Shown here piece after piece: positions 40,506 through 53,997 of a stretch of 64,000 nucleotides of DNA (its first letter is position 1; every line of letters begins with the position of its first letter). The DNA is from Anolis carolinensis. Its lineage: Eukaryota. The translations under genes and the position numbers were made by a program. Below the pieces are notes generated by a model. That model saw only the letters and a program-made list of their open reading frames with translations. It made no database searches and was not told the DNA's origin. The stretch spans positions 231,023,747 to 231,087,746 of the forward strand of contig NC_085842.1 in NCBI RefSeq assembly GCF_035594765.1, in the 5' to 3' direction.

Positions 40506-43500
40506 CTCTTGATTATCCTATCCATTTATCTAACTCCTATGTATACATATCTATACATGTGTGGGGTTCTTTTACAGAAAACCTGAGTCCATGCAGCACA
40601 GTTGTTAAGTAAGGGGTCCCACAGGCATAAACCCTCTACAAATACATATACGACCCCTTTCTCCTGCTGGCTGCCCCCCTCCTTTGCCCCAAACAGAGCT
40701 CTGGCCCCTGTTAGCACTCGCACTCAGAGTTCTCTCCCACTGGCCCAGCCAAAGAGAGTTGAGACCACCCATAAAGCTTGGTTGCTTTAACGTTTATGGT
40801 GCATTAAATTTTATTTTTTCCTTTGCATTAGTCATTAGTCAAGAGCAGATTAAGATAAAAAAATGGGAGTAACATCATCACTGGACACATGGGGAAAAGA
40901 GGATGATCACAATGTCTTTTCATCTTTGAGCATTCACTTTCCCGTTTCCTCCCCATATGGAGTTTGGAAGCAACACAAAGTAACACAATGACTGAGCTGT
41001 CTTCTTTTTTAAAATATAGGTGCCAATTTTGTCAATTCATAGCGTCACAACAGCAACAGTATTATGCTTTGAAATATTAGTTGTTACTTTAACATGTTGT
41101 CTTGTGGAAGATATTTTATAAGTATTTTTTCATTTTTATATTTTATAGGGAGGCATTTAATTTAAAAGTGATGTGCGACTAACAAAAACTGTAACCATGT
41201 TGCTTTTAAAATGCCTTCTAAGGAAAAAAGAAAGAAAGAAATTACTTTTACTCTGTGCTAAGCCTAACACAGTAACTTAAAAAGTAGTGCTTCAGAGTTC
41301 TGCTTGAGTTCCCTTTGAAGGGGTTTCCAGAGAAAGAGCTTTTTGCAGTCTTGGGGAAGGCAATTGATCAACCAGAGAGCTTGTGCTTACTTCTCAGTCA
41401 GCACCATTTTGACACATTAATTTTCTGCTGTGATCTTACCTGCCTCCTGTTGCCTATATAGGCGGTGTTTACCTTTAGAATAAACAAATTGCACAGATGA
41501 AATTTAAAAACTATGCTTTGCCTTGAGAGATTAGGTTAACATATGCTTAAAGGTGACATTTAACAGTATGCAAACGTCTATTTTCTGTTTAAATCAATGT
41601 ATTTGACTCATCATAGTTGACATTCTGAATGATGTCCTTGTTTTTTTAGTTGTCAAAGGCTGGTATTTTCTTAATTCCCAAATCTGTGAGATATTGGCAT
41701 GGATGTGTGTGTTCTATGCATATTGTTAAAGGTAACCTCTCAGAGCACATGTACTCATTTATGTTTATTGTTTGCCATATATATGCATGTATAAGTCAAG
41801 GGCATATTTTAGAGTATAGATCTGGAAATAGATTGTGTAACAATGCAATTACAAAATACAAAACATTTAATTAGCAGAAAATTATTTATGGATTTTGATA
41901 CGACCCACAGATAAGTTGAGGAACATTTGGTGGCAAGAGGAAAAAGGGTCATCTTTTTCCTCGCCGGCCTCTGTTACCACCATTTCGCCAACAAGGTTTT
42001 GGCATTTTATAAAGGTTCTTCTGGGACACACTAAACTCTTGCCTTTCACAAGAGCTTAGAGAAAGGAATGATTCCATTTTTATTAGAGTTAAGGTATAGC
42101 CCATGTGAACTGTGTATGAATAAATAAAGTCGACCCATGTTTTTAAAATTGATTTTTGAGTGAAATTTCTAGATTTATACATGAGTATATAGGGTACTGT
42201 GACAGAGCTCAAAAATGGCAAATAATAAATTGATATCACAAATAATAAAAATAGAATTGTTTCTGAATGGGGAAATATTAATTTAAAGAAGCAAACGTGA
42301 GTAAATGCTGATTTGTAATTTTTCCATGAAGTGTGAAAATAGAGAAATATACTAAAACGTTCAATTTGGTTTGGTCAATTTAGATAAAGTTCTATAGTAT
42401 TTGTTATCGTCAGTAGATGCTTACCATCAATTTACTGAGTGACTTAACAAAATGTGAATTTTCTTCCCTTGAATCAGTGACTAATCTTTGAAAATATCAA
42501 TTTATTGCATTACTTGCAATACATATTTTTAATTGAAGTGAATACCTTCTTATTAAACTGTAACAAAAAAGGCATTTGAAGAATAAGCTGTGTACATGTT
42601 GGTGAAAGTGAAAAGAAAAGAGATGCAGGTGATTGACATATGTAATTGAAAAGGTTGTAAGATGAGATTCTATGCTTTGGGACAACATGGGAGTTTGAAG
42701 ACATGTTTAAATTTAGCCATTCTCAAGCAACAGTCATAGTATGGATTTTGTTGCCCATTTGGAAAGAAATACGCAGGTTGAAGAAGAGCAACTTTTCAAA
42801 AAGAAGCTATGAATCAAAAAGATGTGCTTCCTCCTAAATTCTACATTTCCAACATCCATAACATTGTTTATACTGGCCTGGCACAGTATTATAGATCAGT
42901 GAATTAATTAACTATAATTCAAATGCTTAAATTACAAATATTGGTATTTAAGACAGTTAACTAATTTTCCAATCTAGTATTTAACACTAAAAATGAATTT
43001 CAATCTTAATGTTCTAAGGTCTGTTTCAACCCTGAAAAGTGTAGGTTGATTCTGTAGTGGGTATTTGCTTTATACAAGCAGGGTGGCTTGAGGGGCCTCA
43101 AGATGCCATGCACATCTTGAACATGTCATCTTGAGGTACATTTGAATATGGAAGCCGTACAACAATTCTTTTCCTACATGTAGGAAAGGCTTTAATGTTT
43201 CTTGCTAGATTGTACCAGGCTTTAATATGGAGAGAAATACAGAAGGATCTTTTGTTAGTGGTCATAGAGTCATAGAATAATAGAGTTGGAAGAGGGCCAT
43301 CTAGTCCAACCCCCTGACGTAGGCTATCGAGTCCAACCCCCTGCCATGCAGGAAAAGCACAATTAAAGTACCCCTGACAGATGGCCATCCAGCCTCTTTT
43401 TAAAAGCTTCCACCACACTCCGAGGCAGAGAGTTCCACTGCTGAAAAGCTCTTACAGTCAGGAATTTCTTCCTAATGTTCAGGTAGAATCTCCTTTCATG

Positions 43501-44579
43501 TAATTGAACCCATTGCTCTGAGTCCTAGTTTCCAGAGCAGCAGAAAACAAGCCTGCTCCCTCTTCCTTATGGCATCCTTTCACATATTTATATACATGGT
43601 CATCATGTTTCCTCAAACTTCTCTTCTGCAGACTAAACATGGCCACCTCTTTAAGAACTCTTTAAGATACTCCTCATAGGGCATGGTCTCCAGACCTTTG
43701 ATCATTTTAGTTTCCCTCCTCTGGATACCTTCCAGCTTATCAAGATCTCTTTTGATCTGTGGTGCCCAGAGTTGGACACAGTATTCTAGGTGAGGTCTAA
43801 CTAAAGCAGAATCGAGAGGTACCATTACTTCTTTGTATCTAGACACAATACTCCTTTTGATGCAGCCCAAAATCCCATTGGCTGATTTAGCTGCTGCATC
43901 ACACTATTGGCTCATGTTTAACTTCTTGTCCAGGAAGATTCCAAGATCTTTTTCACATGGACTGTTGTCGAGCCAGGCATCACCCATTTTGTATCTTTGC
44001 ATTTCCTTTTTTCTACCCAAGTGTAGTATTTTACATTTGTCTTTGTTGACATTCACTTTGTTAGTTTTGACTACCTCCTTAATAACCTGCTTCAGAATCT
44101 TTCGTTGTATTGATGTCAGGCTGACAGTACCGTAATGGTTTGAGTTCTTTTTTCCCCTTCTTGAATATAGGGACAACATTTCCCCTCCTCCAATTTGCTG
44201 GAACTATTTCTGTTCTCCAATAATTCTCAAAAATTACTGATAGTGATTCTGAAATGACTTCTGCTAGTTCCTTCAGTACTCTTGGATGTAGTTCATCTGG
44301 CCCCTGAGACTTGAATTCATTTAGAGAAGTCAGTATTCCTGGACTACTTCTTTACCTTCTTTACTGCATTTTTCCCTATTACCTCTTTGGCTTCATTCTG
44401 TTCAGGTTGAACACCAATCTCCATTTGGGAGAAGACTGAGTCAGAGTCTCTGCTTTTTGCTTATCCGCTCTTAGGATTTCACTACCTTCTGAACACAGAG
44501 GCCCTACTGTTTCCTTTCCCCCCTTTTTCTACTGATATAACCAAATAACTCCTTTTAATTGTTTTTAATCTCTCTAGCA

Positions 44580-45083
44580 CCTCGATAAAATTGTGAAGAG
44601 TAGAGACATTACACTGGCAATGAAGGTCCGCATAATGAAAGCAATGGTATTCCCAATAGTAACCTATGGATGTGAGAGCTGGACCATAAGGAAGGCTGCG
44701 CGAAGAAAGATAGATACTTTTGAACTGTGGTGTTAGAGGAAAATTCTGAGAGTGCCTTGGACCGCAAGAAGATCCAGCCAGTCCATACTCCAGGAAATAA
44801 TGCCTGGCTGCTTACTGGAGGGAAGGATATTAGAGGCAAAGATAAAGTACTTTGGCCACATAATGAGAAGACAGGAAAGCTTAGAGAAGAGATTTATGCT
44901 GGGGAAAATGGAAGGAAAAAGGAAGAGTGGCTGGCCAAGGGCATGATGGATGGATGGTATCCTTGAAGTGACTGGCTTGACCTTGAAGGAACTGGGGGTG
45001 GTGACCACTGACAGGAAGCTCTGGCGTGGGCTGGTCCATGAGGTCACGAAGAGTTGGAAGCGACTGAACGAATAAATAACAGC
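44580..45083 (+). mobile_element. RTE-BovB LINE 3' fragment inserted in CR1
   Basis: YGCESWTI...PWTARRSSQSILQEI...KYFGHIMRR; 13-bp TSD aatctctctagca/aatctctctggca. Confidence 0.92.
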
Positions 45084-46782
45084 AATCTCTCTGGCAAGCC
45101 TGAGCTCATTTTGTGCCTTCACCTTATGAATCTTTTCCCTGCATGGGTTGCTTATTTGTTTGAACTCCTCTTTAGTGATTTCCCCCTCTTCCATTTCTTG
45201 TGCATGTCTTTTTAAATTCTAAACTCAGTTAAATGTTCTTTGGACACCCATTCTGGATGTTTTACACTTCTCTTATTTTTTCTCCTTGCTGGCACTGTTT
45301 GCAATTGTGCAATTGTGTTTTAAGAAACACCAATCCATCATTATCTCCCTTCTCTTTTAGTACTCCTGTCCATGGAATAACACTCAGTATTTCTTTTAAT
45401 TTCCCGAAGTCATCTCCTAAAATTTAGAATGCATGTTTGCCTTCTCTTTGTCTGACCCTTCCTTTCTATCACAAATTCCAAGAGCATATGGTCACTCCCA
45501 CCTAAGGATCCCACCATTTCCACTACATTGACCAGATCCTCACTCTTGCATAGGATAGGATCAGATCCAGAACAGCTGATCCCCCTTGTTGCTTTTTCTA
45601 GCTTCTGGACAATAAAATTGTCTGCAAGGCAAGTGAGGAATTTATTGGACCTTGTACTCTTGGCAAAGTTCCAACAAATATCGGAGTAGTTGAAATCCCC
45701 CATTATTACTATATCTCTTCTTTCTGCATGTTTGGTCAAGGAAGACTTCATCCAGTTCTTCTGTCTGGCTTGGAGGTCTTTAGTAAACCCCCACAATTAC
45801 ATCTTTTACAGTCCTTGTTCCCTTAATTCTTATCCAGAAGTTTTGCATCTCTTCACATGTGTAAATATTTTTGGCATGTAATGCTACTCCACTCCTTCTC
45901 CTGATTGGTCTATTTCTCTGAAATAGGTTATACCCCTCAATTGCTACATTTCAATCATAGGATTCTGTCCACCTGGATCCAGTTATGCCTATTACAGTGT
46001 AACTGTTTTGTTGTACTAAGCGTACCAGCTCATCTTGTTTATTTCCCATGCTTTGGACATTAGTGTAAAGACATCTTAGCCTTTAGGACATTCACCTTAG
46101 CTATTTGTTTGAGATTATTGTCCCCCCACTGCTTGGTACTTGTTGTGTTTGTCCAACCCTCTTATTAGCCTTTTCTTCATTCACTCTGGGCCTTGATAAA
46201 CTACTGTTCCCAAGGATGATGTCACCCTCCCCCATACAACCTAATTTAAAGCCCATCTGATCAGGATTTTCAGTTTCTGAGCAAAAACATTCCTTCCTAC
46301 TTCTGTGAGATGCAACCCCCACCCCGTGGCAATAGGCCATCTTCTTGGAAAAGCAGACCATGGTCCAGGAAGCCAAATTGTTCTTCCTGACACCATCTAT
46401 AGAGCCAGTTATTCATCACTACTATTTATCTTACTCTTCCTGGCCCCCATTGTACAATGGGGAGGAGAGAGGAAAAGACCACCTGTGCATTAAGATCTTT
46501 TAGCTTTCTTCCAAGAGTTTGAAAATTCTTTCTGATCTTTTGAAGGCTATGTCTTGCATTATTGTTGGTTCCCACATGAACCAACATGAAAGGGAGAAGG
46601 GTCAATGGGCTTGATGAGTCTTGTTAGCTGCTGAATTATGTGGTGGATTTTTGCCCCAGGGAGGCAATATATTTTTCTAGGCATCCTATCAGGTTTACAA
46701 ATCACCACTTCTGTTCCTTTCAGGAGGGGGTTGCCTATGACCAACACCCATCTCCTTTGAGGACTGACCCTTCCCTCTAGGG

Positions 46783-46883
46783 CAGCGGTTCTCAACCTGG
46801 GACCCCCAGATGTTTTTGGTCTTCAACTCCCAAAAATTGTAACAGCTGGTAAACATCTGGGGACTACTGGTTGAGAACCACTG
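46783..46883. mobile_element. 100-bp hAT MITE (same family as 4770) inserted in CR1 ORF1
   Basis: TIR cagcggttctcaacc/ggttgagaaccactg; perfect TSD ctctaggg. Confidence 0.9.
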
Positions 46884-47361
46884 CTCTAGGGTGTTCTGTA
46901 GATCTCCTGAAAACTGACCGTGATCTTGAACTGGATTGTGTAGCTGTAAACTGGCCTCCTCAGAGACACCCCCTTCCTGCATTCTCAAAAGACAATCCAG
47001 TCAGATATGTCCAAAAGTCACTCATTCTGCCTAATGTGTTCTTCCTCTGCCTCATCTATGATTGGGAAAAGAGCCTCTGCTTCATTGTGTGACTGCAAAT
47101 TCCATGTTTGTGAATTGTCCTTCTCCCCAAAGACATCCCCCATGCATTTATCAAGGACAGTCCACTCAGTTGTATCTAAGACCCTCTTATATTTCCCAAG
47201 GTGTTGTATTTCCTCACCATCTGTTACCGATGAGAGAACTTGAAATCGATTGTGTAACTCCAGATTAATAGAAGAATTCACAGAATGATGCCTGGTTCTC
47301 TTCCTCTTTCTAAATGTTACATTTTTCCAAGCATCAGGGTTCTCCTCATTTGAAGTGACTA

Positions 47362-47556
47362 CATGGAACACCGTTATCTTCCTGCCGGAGTGGTACCTAT
47401 TGATCTACTCACATTTGCATGTTTTCGAACTACGAGGTTGGTAGAAGCTGGGGCTAAAAATGGGAACTCGCCCCGCTCCCCGGATTCAAACCGCCACCTT
47501 TTGGTCAGCAAGTTTAGAAGCTCAGTAGTTTAATCTGTTGCACCACCAGGAGCTCC
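47362..47556 (-). mobile_element. Sauria SINE, 5' part
   Basis: Body homologous to the other copies. Confidence 0.85.
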
Positions 47557-49271
47557 TTCAATTGGTTACTGGAGGTGAAATTAAGTGCCATCTTAAGATC
47601 CAAACAAGTCTCTTACCATAATTTCTCCTACCAAAAATATTTGGCGATGCATAGTTTGAAAAAAGGTTAGAGTATCTGATTAGACAGACTAGGCTTTATC
47701 TCAATAGTTGTGAAATGTAGAATTGAATTTGTGATCTAAGGAATAAATTTTATTGCATGTTGTTAGGATGTTTAAAAAAAACATATTAGGGATACTAAAG
47801 TTATTCTGTAATATATTCTATTTTTAAACCATGTAACCATTTCTGAAAAGAGGATATCTTTATTATGATTTGTGTGAATGAAAGTGAGGGTAAAATTGGC
47901 TGACAAGACATGATTTATGTAGAAAAGAGTAGGCAGCAACAGATTAACACTTCTTTGCCAAGTAATATTTTCTTTGTCTTTTATTCAGTTCTGGAAATAC
48001 CCTTGCAGACTACTTTGTGTTAAATTTTGAAATTGAGAATCCAATATTAGAAAATGTTTCTTGATCTACACTAGATTTCTAATATGCATGAGTCCTGAGG
48101 ATATTTTTCATATTTAAAGGCAGTAACCAGAGAAACATGTAGATAAGATACCTTGACACAGTGCACTTCTAAAATATTAAATGCTATTGCAGTGTTTTTA
48201 CTTGGAAGGAAAGGGTTGTGGACTTCATATCCTCTTGAAGTTGGAGTCCCAGATCTTTTGGAAATAACTGCACCCACTCTTTGGGCACATAACCTTTTGG
48301 GGGGAAAATGGCAATCATAACCTTATTGGAAATGAAAAATATGATGTCATATCCATTTGGCAAATGTGAATCTCTATGAACATGTGGAGACTACTGGATT
48401 TGGTCCACAGGACCTTGCGTTTGACTTGTGCCTTATAGGACTCTGGGAGTGTTTGGTGGAGGTAGGTTTGCATGGTGTCGGGGGCAGGTGCCTTTAAACA
48501 GACCCCTTGTTGGCAGGGGAAGCTATCGCAGGGGGGCTTAGGTCTACATGGTTTTTTTCCTGTCATCCTAGAGGTTTCAGCAGTGGGCTGCGATATCGGG
48601 TTCATCAGTCAACAGCCTGGTTGGTCAGTGCATGGTTCCAGGACTCATGTCATTGCGTTAACCCTATTTACAGCTGTAACAAATGAAGTAGTGGTCTCCC
48701 CACTTTTTATGTTGTGTATGTTGAATTCTTAGTATTGTGAAGGGGAATTTGCCCTGAACACACAACACAGAATGCAGACCTTGATTGGCTGAAATAAGAA
48801 ATTCTTTTAGATGAAATCTATGTAGAAAATGTAAACCACAGCTCAGAAGATGTTGACTGCTTGTGGCTATGCCTGTTCTCTAGTGCTTTGTGTAGTGGGA
48901 GAAAAAGAACGTTGAAAACTTTGAAATAGTGGTTAATCAAAACAATAAATTAGGTTGCACTCCTTTTCATTTTGAAGTCACTTATGGTTTGGGGCTGGGT
49001 TATTTGAAAGATAATCTTTTTGTATAGGAGTCTGCTCACACATTGAAATTACTGCCTGAGGCTCTTCTCTTCATTTGCCATCATCCACAAGCTTGGCTGG
49101 GAGCACAAAGTAACATCTTTGTAGTAGTGACACCAAGATTATGGCCAAATCCTGCTCAGTTGACTTGCTCCTCTTTGTCCTTCTTAGCCTTTTGAAAAAT
49201 ATTCAGTACATTTTTATTTTGTTAGGCATTTGTGTATGAGTTTAATGTTGCTCTTTGTCTTGTGTGTTATT

Positions 49272-49597
49272 GGTAAAGGTTTTCCTCTGACATTAAGTCT
49301 AGTCATGTCCAACTCTCGGGGCTGGTGCTCATCTCCATTTCTAAGCCAAAGAGCTGGCGTTGTCCGTAGACATCTCCAAGGTCATGTGGCCAGCATGATT
49401 ACATGGAGCACCATTACCTTCCCACCAGAGCGGTACCTATTGATCTATTCACATTTTCATGTTTTCGAACGGCTAGGTTGGCAGAAGCTGGGGGTAACAG
49501 CGGGAGCTCACCCTGCTCCCCGAATTCAAACAGCCAACCTTTTGGTCAGCAAGTTCTGTACGTCAGTGATTTAACCCACTGTGCCACCGGGGGCTCC
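49272..49597 (-). mobile_element. Sauria SINE, full length
   Basis: TSD tgtgtgttatt/tgtgtcttatt; head and tail present. Confidence 0.9.
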
Positions 49598-49689
49598 TGT
49601 GTCTTATTACTGATGCATTATTATACTTGTTCTATTTGTAAGGCTTTTTCATCCTTGTGTTTTATACATGTATTTTCTAAACTTAGGAT

Positions 49690-51375
49690 TGTTTTCCAGG
49701 CTGTATGGCTATGTTCCAGAAGCATTCTCTCCTGACGTTTCGCCCACATCTGTGGCAGGCATCCTCAGAGGTTGTGAGGTATATTGGAAAAACTAAGCAA
49801 GGTTTATTTATCTGTGGAAGGTCCAGGATGGGAGAAAGAATTTTTGTCTGGTGGAGGGCAGTGTTGAATGTTGTAATTATTCACCTTGATTAACATTAAT
49901 AGCCTTGCCAGCTTCATATCATGGCTTCTTCTTGCCTGGGGGAATTCTTTGTTCGGAGGTGTTAGCTGCCCCAGATTGATTCATGTCTGGAATTCCTTTG
50001 TTTTCAGAGTGCTGTTCCTTATTTACTGTTCTGATTCTAGAGTTTTTTTTATTACTGGTAGCCAGATTTTGTTCATTTTCATGGTTTCCACCTTTCTGTT
50101 GAAATAGTCCACATGCTTGTGGATTTCAATGGCTTCTCTGTGTAGTCTTACATGATAGTGGTTATAGTGGTCCAACATTTCTGTGTTCTCAAATAATATA
50201 CTGTGTCCAGGTTGCTTCTTCAAATGCTCTGCTATGGCTGACTTCTCTGGTTGAGTTAGTCTGCAGTTCCTTTCATGTTTCTTGATTCGTGTCGGGCAAT
50301 GCTGTGTTTGGTGGTCCTTGTCCACAGCTACATGGTATATGGTAGACTCCTGGAGAGGTGAGAGGATCCCTCTTGTCCTTTGCTGAAGGTAGGATTTGTT
50401 GGATTTTCTTAGTGAGTCTGTAGATAGTTTGTAGGTTGTGTTTCTTCATAAGCTTGCCTATGCAGTCAGTGGTTCCCTTGATGTATGGTAAAAATACTTT
50501 TCCTCTGGGTGGTTCTTTGTCTTTAGTTTCATGGCTTGTTCTTGGCCTTACAGCTTTTCTGATGTCTGTGATGGAGTGGTTCAGTTCACCTTAGAGGAGG
50601 TGGGGTTCGCAGATTCTTTGTGTACGGTTTGTCAGGGCTTTGTGTTTCTTTTTTGACTTGGGTAATGGATGGAGTTCTTATGGAGGTATCTATCTGTGTG
50701 TGTAGGTTTTCTGTAAACTGTGTGGCCCAATTGTTGATTGGGTTTGCGGATGACTAGAACATCTAGAAATGGCAGTTTTCCTTCGTTTTCTTTTTCCATG
50801 GTGAATTGGATGTTTGGGTGGATGCTTTTGAAGTGGTCCAGGAACTTGTTGAGTTTTTCTTCTCCATGGCTCCAAACGGTAAAGGTGTCATCCACATATC
50901 TGAACCATATAGTGGGCTTTTTTGGTGCTGTTTCTAGGGCTTGTTTTGACTGGGCTGAGAGGTCTCCCCATGGCTACTCCATCTTTCTGTTCATAGAATT
51001 CATTGTCCCAGTGAAAGTAGCTTGTGGTGAGGCAATGGTGAAACTGGGCTGTGATGTTTTCTGGGAAATTCTGTTTGATTAGTGAGATGGTGTTTGTTAC
51101 CGGGACCTTAGTAAATAAGGACACCACATCGAAGCTGATCAGTATGTTATTGGTTCTGAGCTTGAGGTTGCTGATTGTTTCTATGAAGTGGAATGAGTCC
51201 TTGATGTAGTGTGTGGTGAGCCAAATATGGGTTTGTAGCTGTGCAGCCAGAAATTTTGCCAGGTCGTGTGTGGGGGATACAATGGCACTCACAATGGGTC
51301 TGAGCGGGGTGGAGTCCTTATGGATTTTTGTGAGTCCATAAAGCCTAGGTGGGAGGGCTTCCGATTTTCTAATCT
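49690..51375 (-). mobile_element. Penelope-like element (RT plus GIY-YIG endonuclease), 5'-truncated and frameshifted
   Basis: PRLYGL.KIHK..PLRPIVS, SFDVVSLFT, GVAMG.PLSP, YVDDTF, LPFLDV, VYRKPTHTDRYL, TRIKKHER...SAIAEH...REAIEI. Confidence 0.95.
49731..49771 (-). ncRNA. Minimal type I hammerhead ribozyme motif
   Basis: Minus strand reads CCU-CUGAGGA-U-GCCUGC-CACAGAU-GUGGGC-GAAAC-GUC-AGG: intact core, paired stems I and II, palindromic ACGU stem III. Confidence 0.85.
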
Positions 51376-52149
51376 TGTTTCTGCTAAAGGGCAACACCTC
51401 TTCTTTTTTTTCATTTTTTGAACAGAGGAAATTAGAAAGTGTTGACACTTGTGTAGTGTTTGTGTTGGGTAAGAAGCCTTCCATCATGGAGCAAAATACT
51501 ATGTATGTATAAGATTATTCTATCAAAATTGAAAGTTAATTTGAACTCAGCATTTTAAAAAGTTGATGAGAAACCTGCCAATGGTTGCTTGCCTTGGTTA
51601 CTTCTGTATATAAACTAAGTTCAATAACATGCTAAACAAATGTTCCAGTTTTACATATGCGCCAATTTACCTTTACAGTATCTCTACCATCTGCTTCTTC
51701 CATGGGTGGAGTTATGTGAGTAATGGGCTCAATATTGGTTTTTAGAAAAATCCTTTCAGTGTTTCTAATGTCATTTGTTGCCCATGGGTGCAAAGCAGAG
51801 CATTTGTCGTTTTAATTAAGCTCCTTGAATATACAATAATGCCTTGCCTCAAGCTGCATTGTCCTCTGAATGCTGCAAGTAGTCTTCCCCTGTCAGTAGA
51901 CAATTTCACTTACAATAGCAGATATTTTCACTGGCATTATGTCTCTGACTTTTCCCTTACGGCTGAGCAAATGCTGGTTTTGTATTTTTATCGAACAATA
52001 ATTCTTGCTTCAGTTTTCTTTTCTCTTTTTCTTATAATTACTCTAATTTTTATATGGTACACAATTCTCCCCTTTTGTTTATGTTCCTAATATTTTAATT
52101 CTATGACATCTTCTCTAGTTTGTCTCTTCTGTTAGTATCTTATTACCCT

Positions 52150-52300
52150 AACTTCCAGAGCAGTATCCATATTAGCTTGTTGCAGCAAATGTGGCAGAAA
52201 TTCTTATGTCATTTTAAAGACCTAAAGGCAATATAAAGGTTCATTATTGCTTTAGCTTTTATATGAGCTGCCAATCATTTCATCAGATGCATGAAATACT
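52150..52300 (-). mobile_element. Old Penelope-derived terminal fragment with a decayed hammerhead
   Basis: Minus strand gcatCTGATGAaatga...tcatataaaagcta; upstream blocks resemble PLE terminal repeats. Confidence 0.5.
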
Positions 52301-52591
52301 GAACTCAGTTCATGTGTGTGACCGAAATGGTCATAAAATTCTCTGACATTCTGACTAAAGCTTAAATATATAAAAAGTAACAATTTTGGTCATTCCCAAA
52401 AACAATAAGTGATACAGCTGTATGTGATGAAAATAGTTTTTTTCCTAAAAATAATAGAATCACACTTGCTGGTGGCTTCCAATTTCCAGTCCTTCTTTTG
52501 AACAACAGCAAACATAGATGTGGTAGTCTAAGAGTCGGAAAATCAATATTCATAATTAGATAATGCTTCTTTTAAATATGGAATACCAATA

Positions 52592-52936
52592 CAGTAGAGT
52601 CTCGCTTATCCAACATTCGCTTATCCAACATTCTGTATTATCCAACGCAGTTTACCTTTTAGTAGTCAGTGTTTTTGCAGTCAATTTTTCAATACATTGT
52701 GAAGTTTTGGTGCTAAATTCGTAAATACAGTAATTATATATATAGTAATTACTGTGTATTGAACTGCTTTTTCTGTCAATTTGTTGTAAAACCCAATGTT
52801 TTGGTGCTTAATTTGTAAAATCATAATGTAATTTGATGTTTAATAGGCTTTTCCTTAATCTCTCCTTATTATCCAACATTTTTGCTTATCCAACGTTCTG
52901 TCGGCCTGTTTATGTTGGATAAGTGAGACTCTACTG
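52592..52936 (+). mobile_element. Tc1/mariner-type MITE
   Basis: TA TSD; TIR cagtagagtctcgcttatcc/ggataagtgagactctactg. Confidence 0.92.
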
Positions 52937-53229
52937 TATGTCGGAAAAGTGTGTAAAATTTAAAATTGGCCAGAAATTAATCATGGTATGAGCTATAAAA
53001 ACCAGGACATGTTTGAACGGTCCAAAAATTAGTAATATGCTGCCACATGGTCTTTATTTTAAATCCATTATCAATTGGGGATAGCGGACTGGATGAAATT
53101 GTCAGAGATAGTAATTTAATGTTTGGATTATGTCTAGGATTTTGAGAAAAAGAAACAATGGTTTCTGAAAACATAAATCTGGCTGTAATTGTCCAGGCAT
53201 CAAAATACTATCCTATTGATTTCTACATA

Positions 53230-53997
53230 CAGTAGAGTTTCATATATCCAACATAAATGGGCCAACAGAACGTTGGATAATCGAAAATGTTGGATAATAA
53301 GGATAGATTAAGGAAAAGCATAAACGCCGAATTACGCTATGATTTTAAAAATTAAGCACCAAAACATGTTTTACAACATATCAACAGAAAAGGCAGTTCA
53401 ATACATGGTATCGTTATGTAGTACAGTAGAGTCTCACTTATCCAAGCTAAAAGGGCCGGCAGAAGCTTGGGATAAGCGACTATCTTGGATATTAAAGAGG
53501 GATTAAAGAAAAGCCTATTAAACATCAAATTAGGATATGATTTTACAAATTAAGCACCAAAACATGTTATTCAACAAATTTGACAGAAAAAGTAGTTCAA
53601 TACGCAGTTATGTTGTAATTACTATATTTACGAATTTAGCACCAAAATATCATGATATATTGAAAACACTGACTACAAAAATGGCTTGGATAATCCAGAA
53701 GCTTGGATAAGCGAGGCTTGGATAAGTGAGATTCCACTGTAATTACTGTATTTACAAATTTAGCACCAAAACATCGCAATGTATTGAAAACATTGACTAC
53801 AAAAACATTGGCTGCTTACAAATTGACTACAAATAAAGATAGAAGTGCATAAAATGAGCTTACAGTAACAAATAAAAAGTAAAAAAGTTCACTCCATGGT
53901 GCCCAGAGACACAGCTGTGGATCCAGGTGGGAGGCAGACTTAGTTGGGTAATCCAGAATGTTGGATAAGTGAATGTTGGATAATTGAGACTCTACTA
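53230..53997 (-). mobile_element. Tc1/mariner-type MITE containing a nested relative (53424-53739)
   Basis: Outer and inner elements both have cagtagag TIRs and TA flanks; the host motif atgtagta|attactgta rejoins. Confidence 0.88.

Larger units (their letters stand above)
43262..47360 (-). mobile_element. Long decayed CR1 LINE (ORF1 esterase, ORF2 endonuclease, internally deleted RT, 3'UTR)
   Basis: ORF1 SGNH-like VLVIG..LL/CLPGAKI; endonuclease IMGDFNY.DICW and GSDH; C-terminal ALVRPHLEYCVQLWAP. Confidence 0.92.

Noticed and set aside
48565-48615. Minus-strand CTGATGA...GAAAC spacing
   Set aside because: Stem II does not close at the core and stem I is absent.
50023-51487. Active or domesticated Penelope RT gene
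   Set aside because: 5'-truncated, frameshifted and internally deleted.
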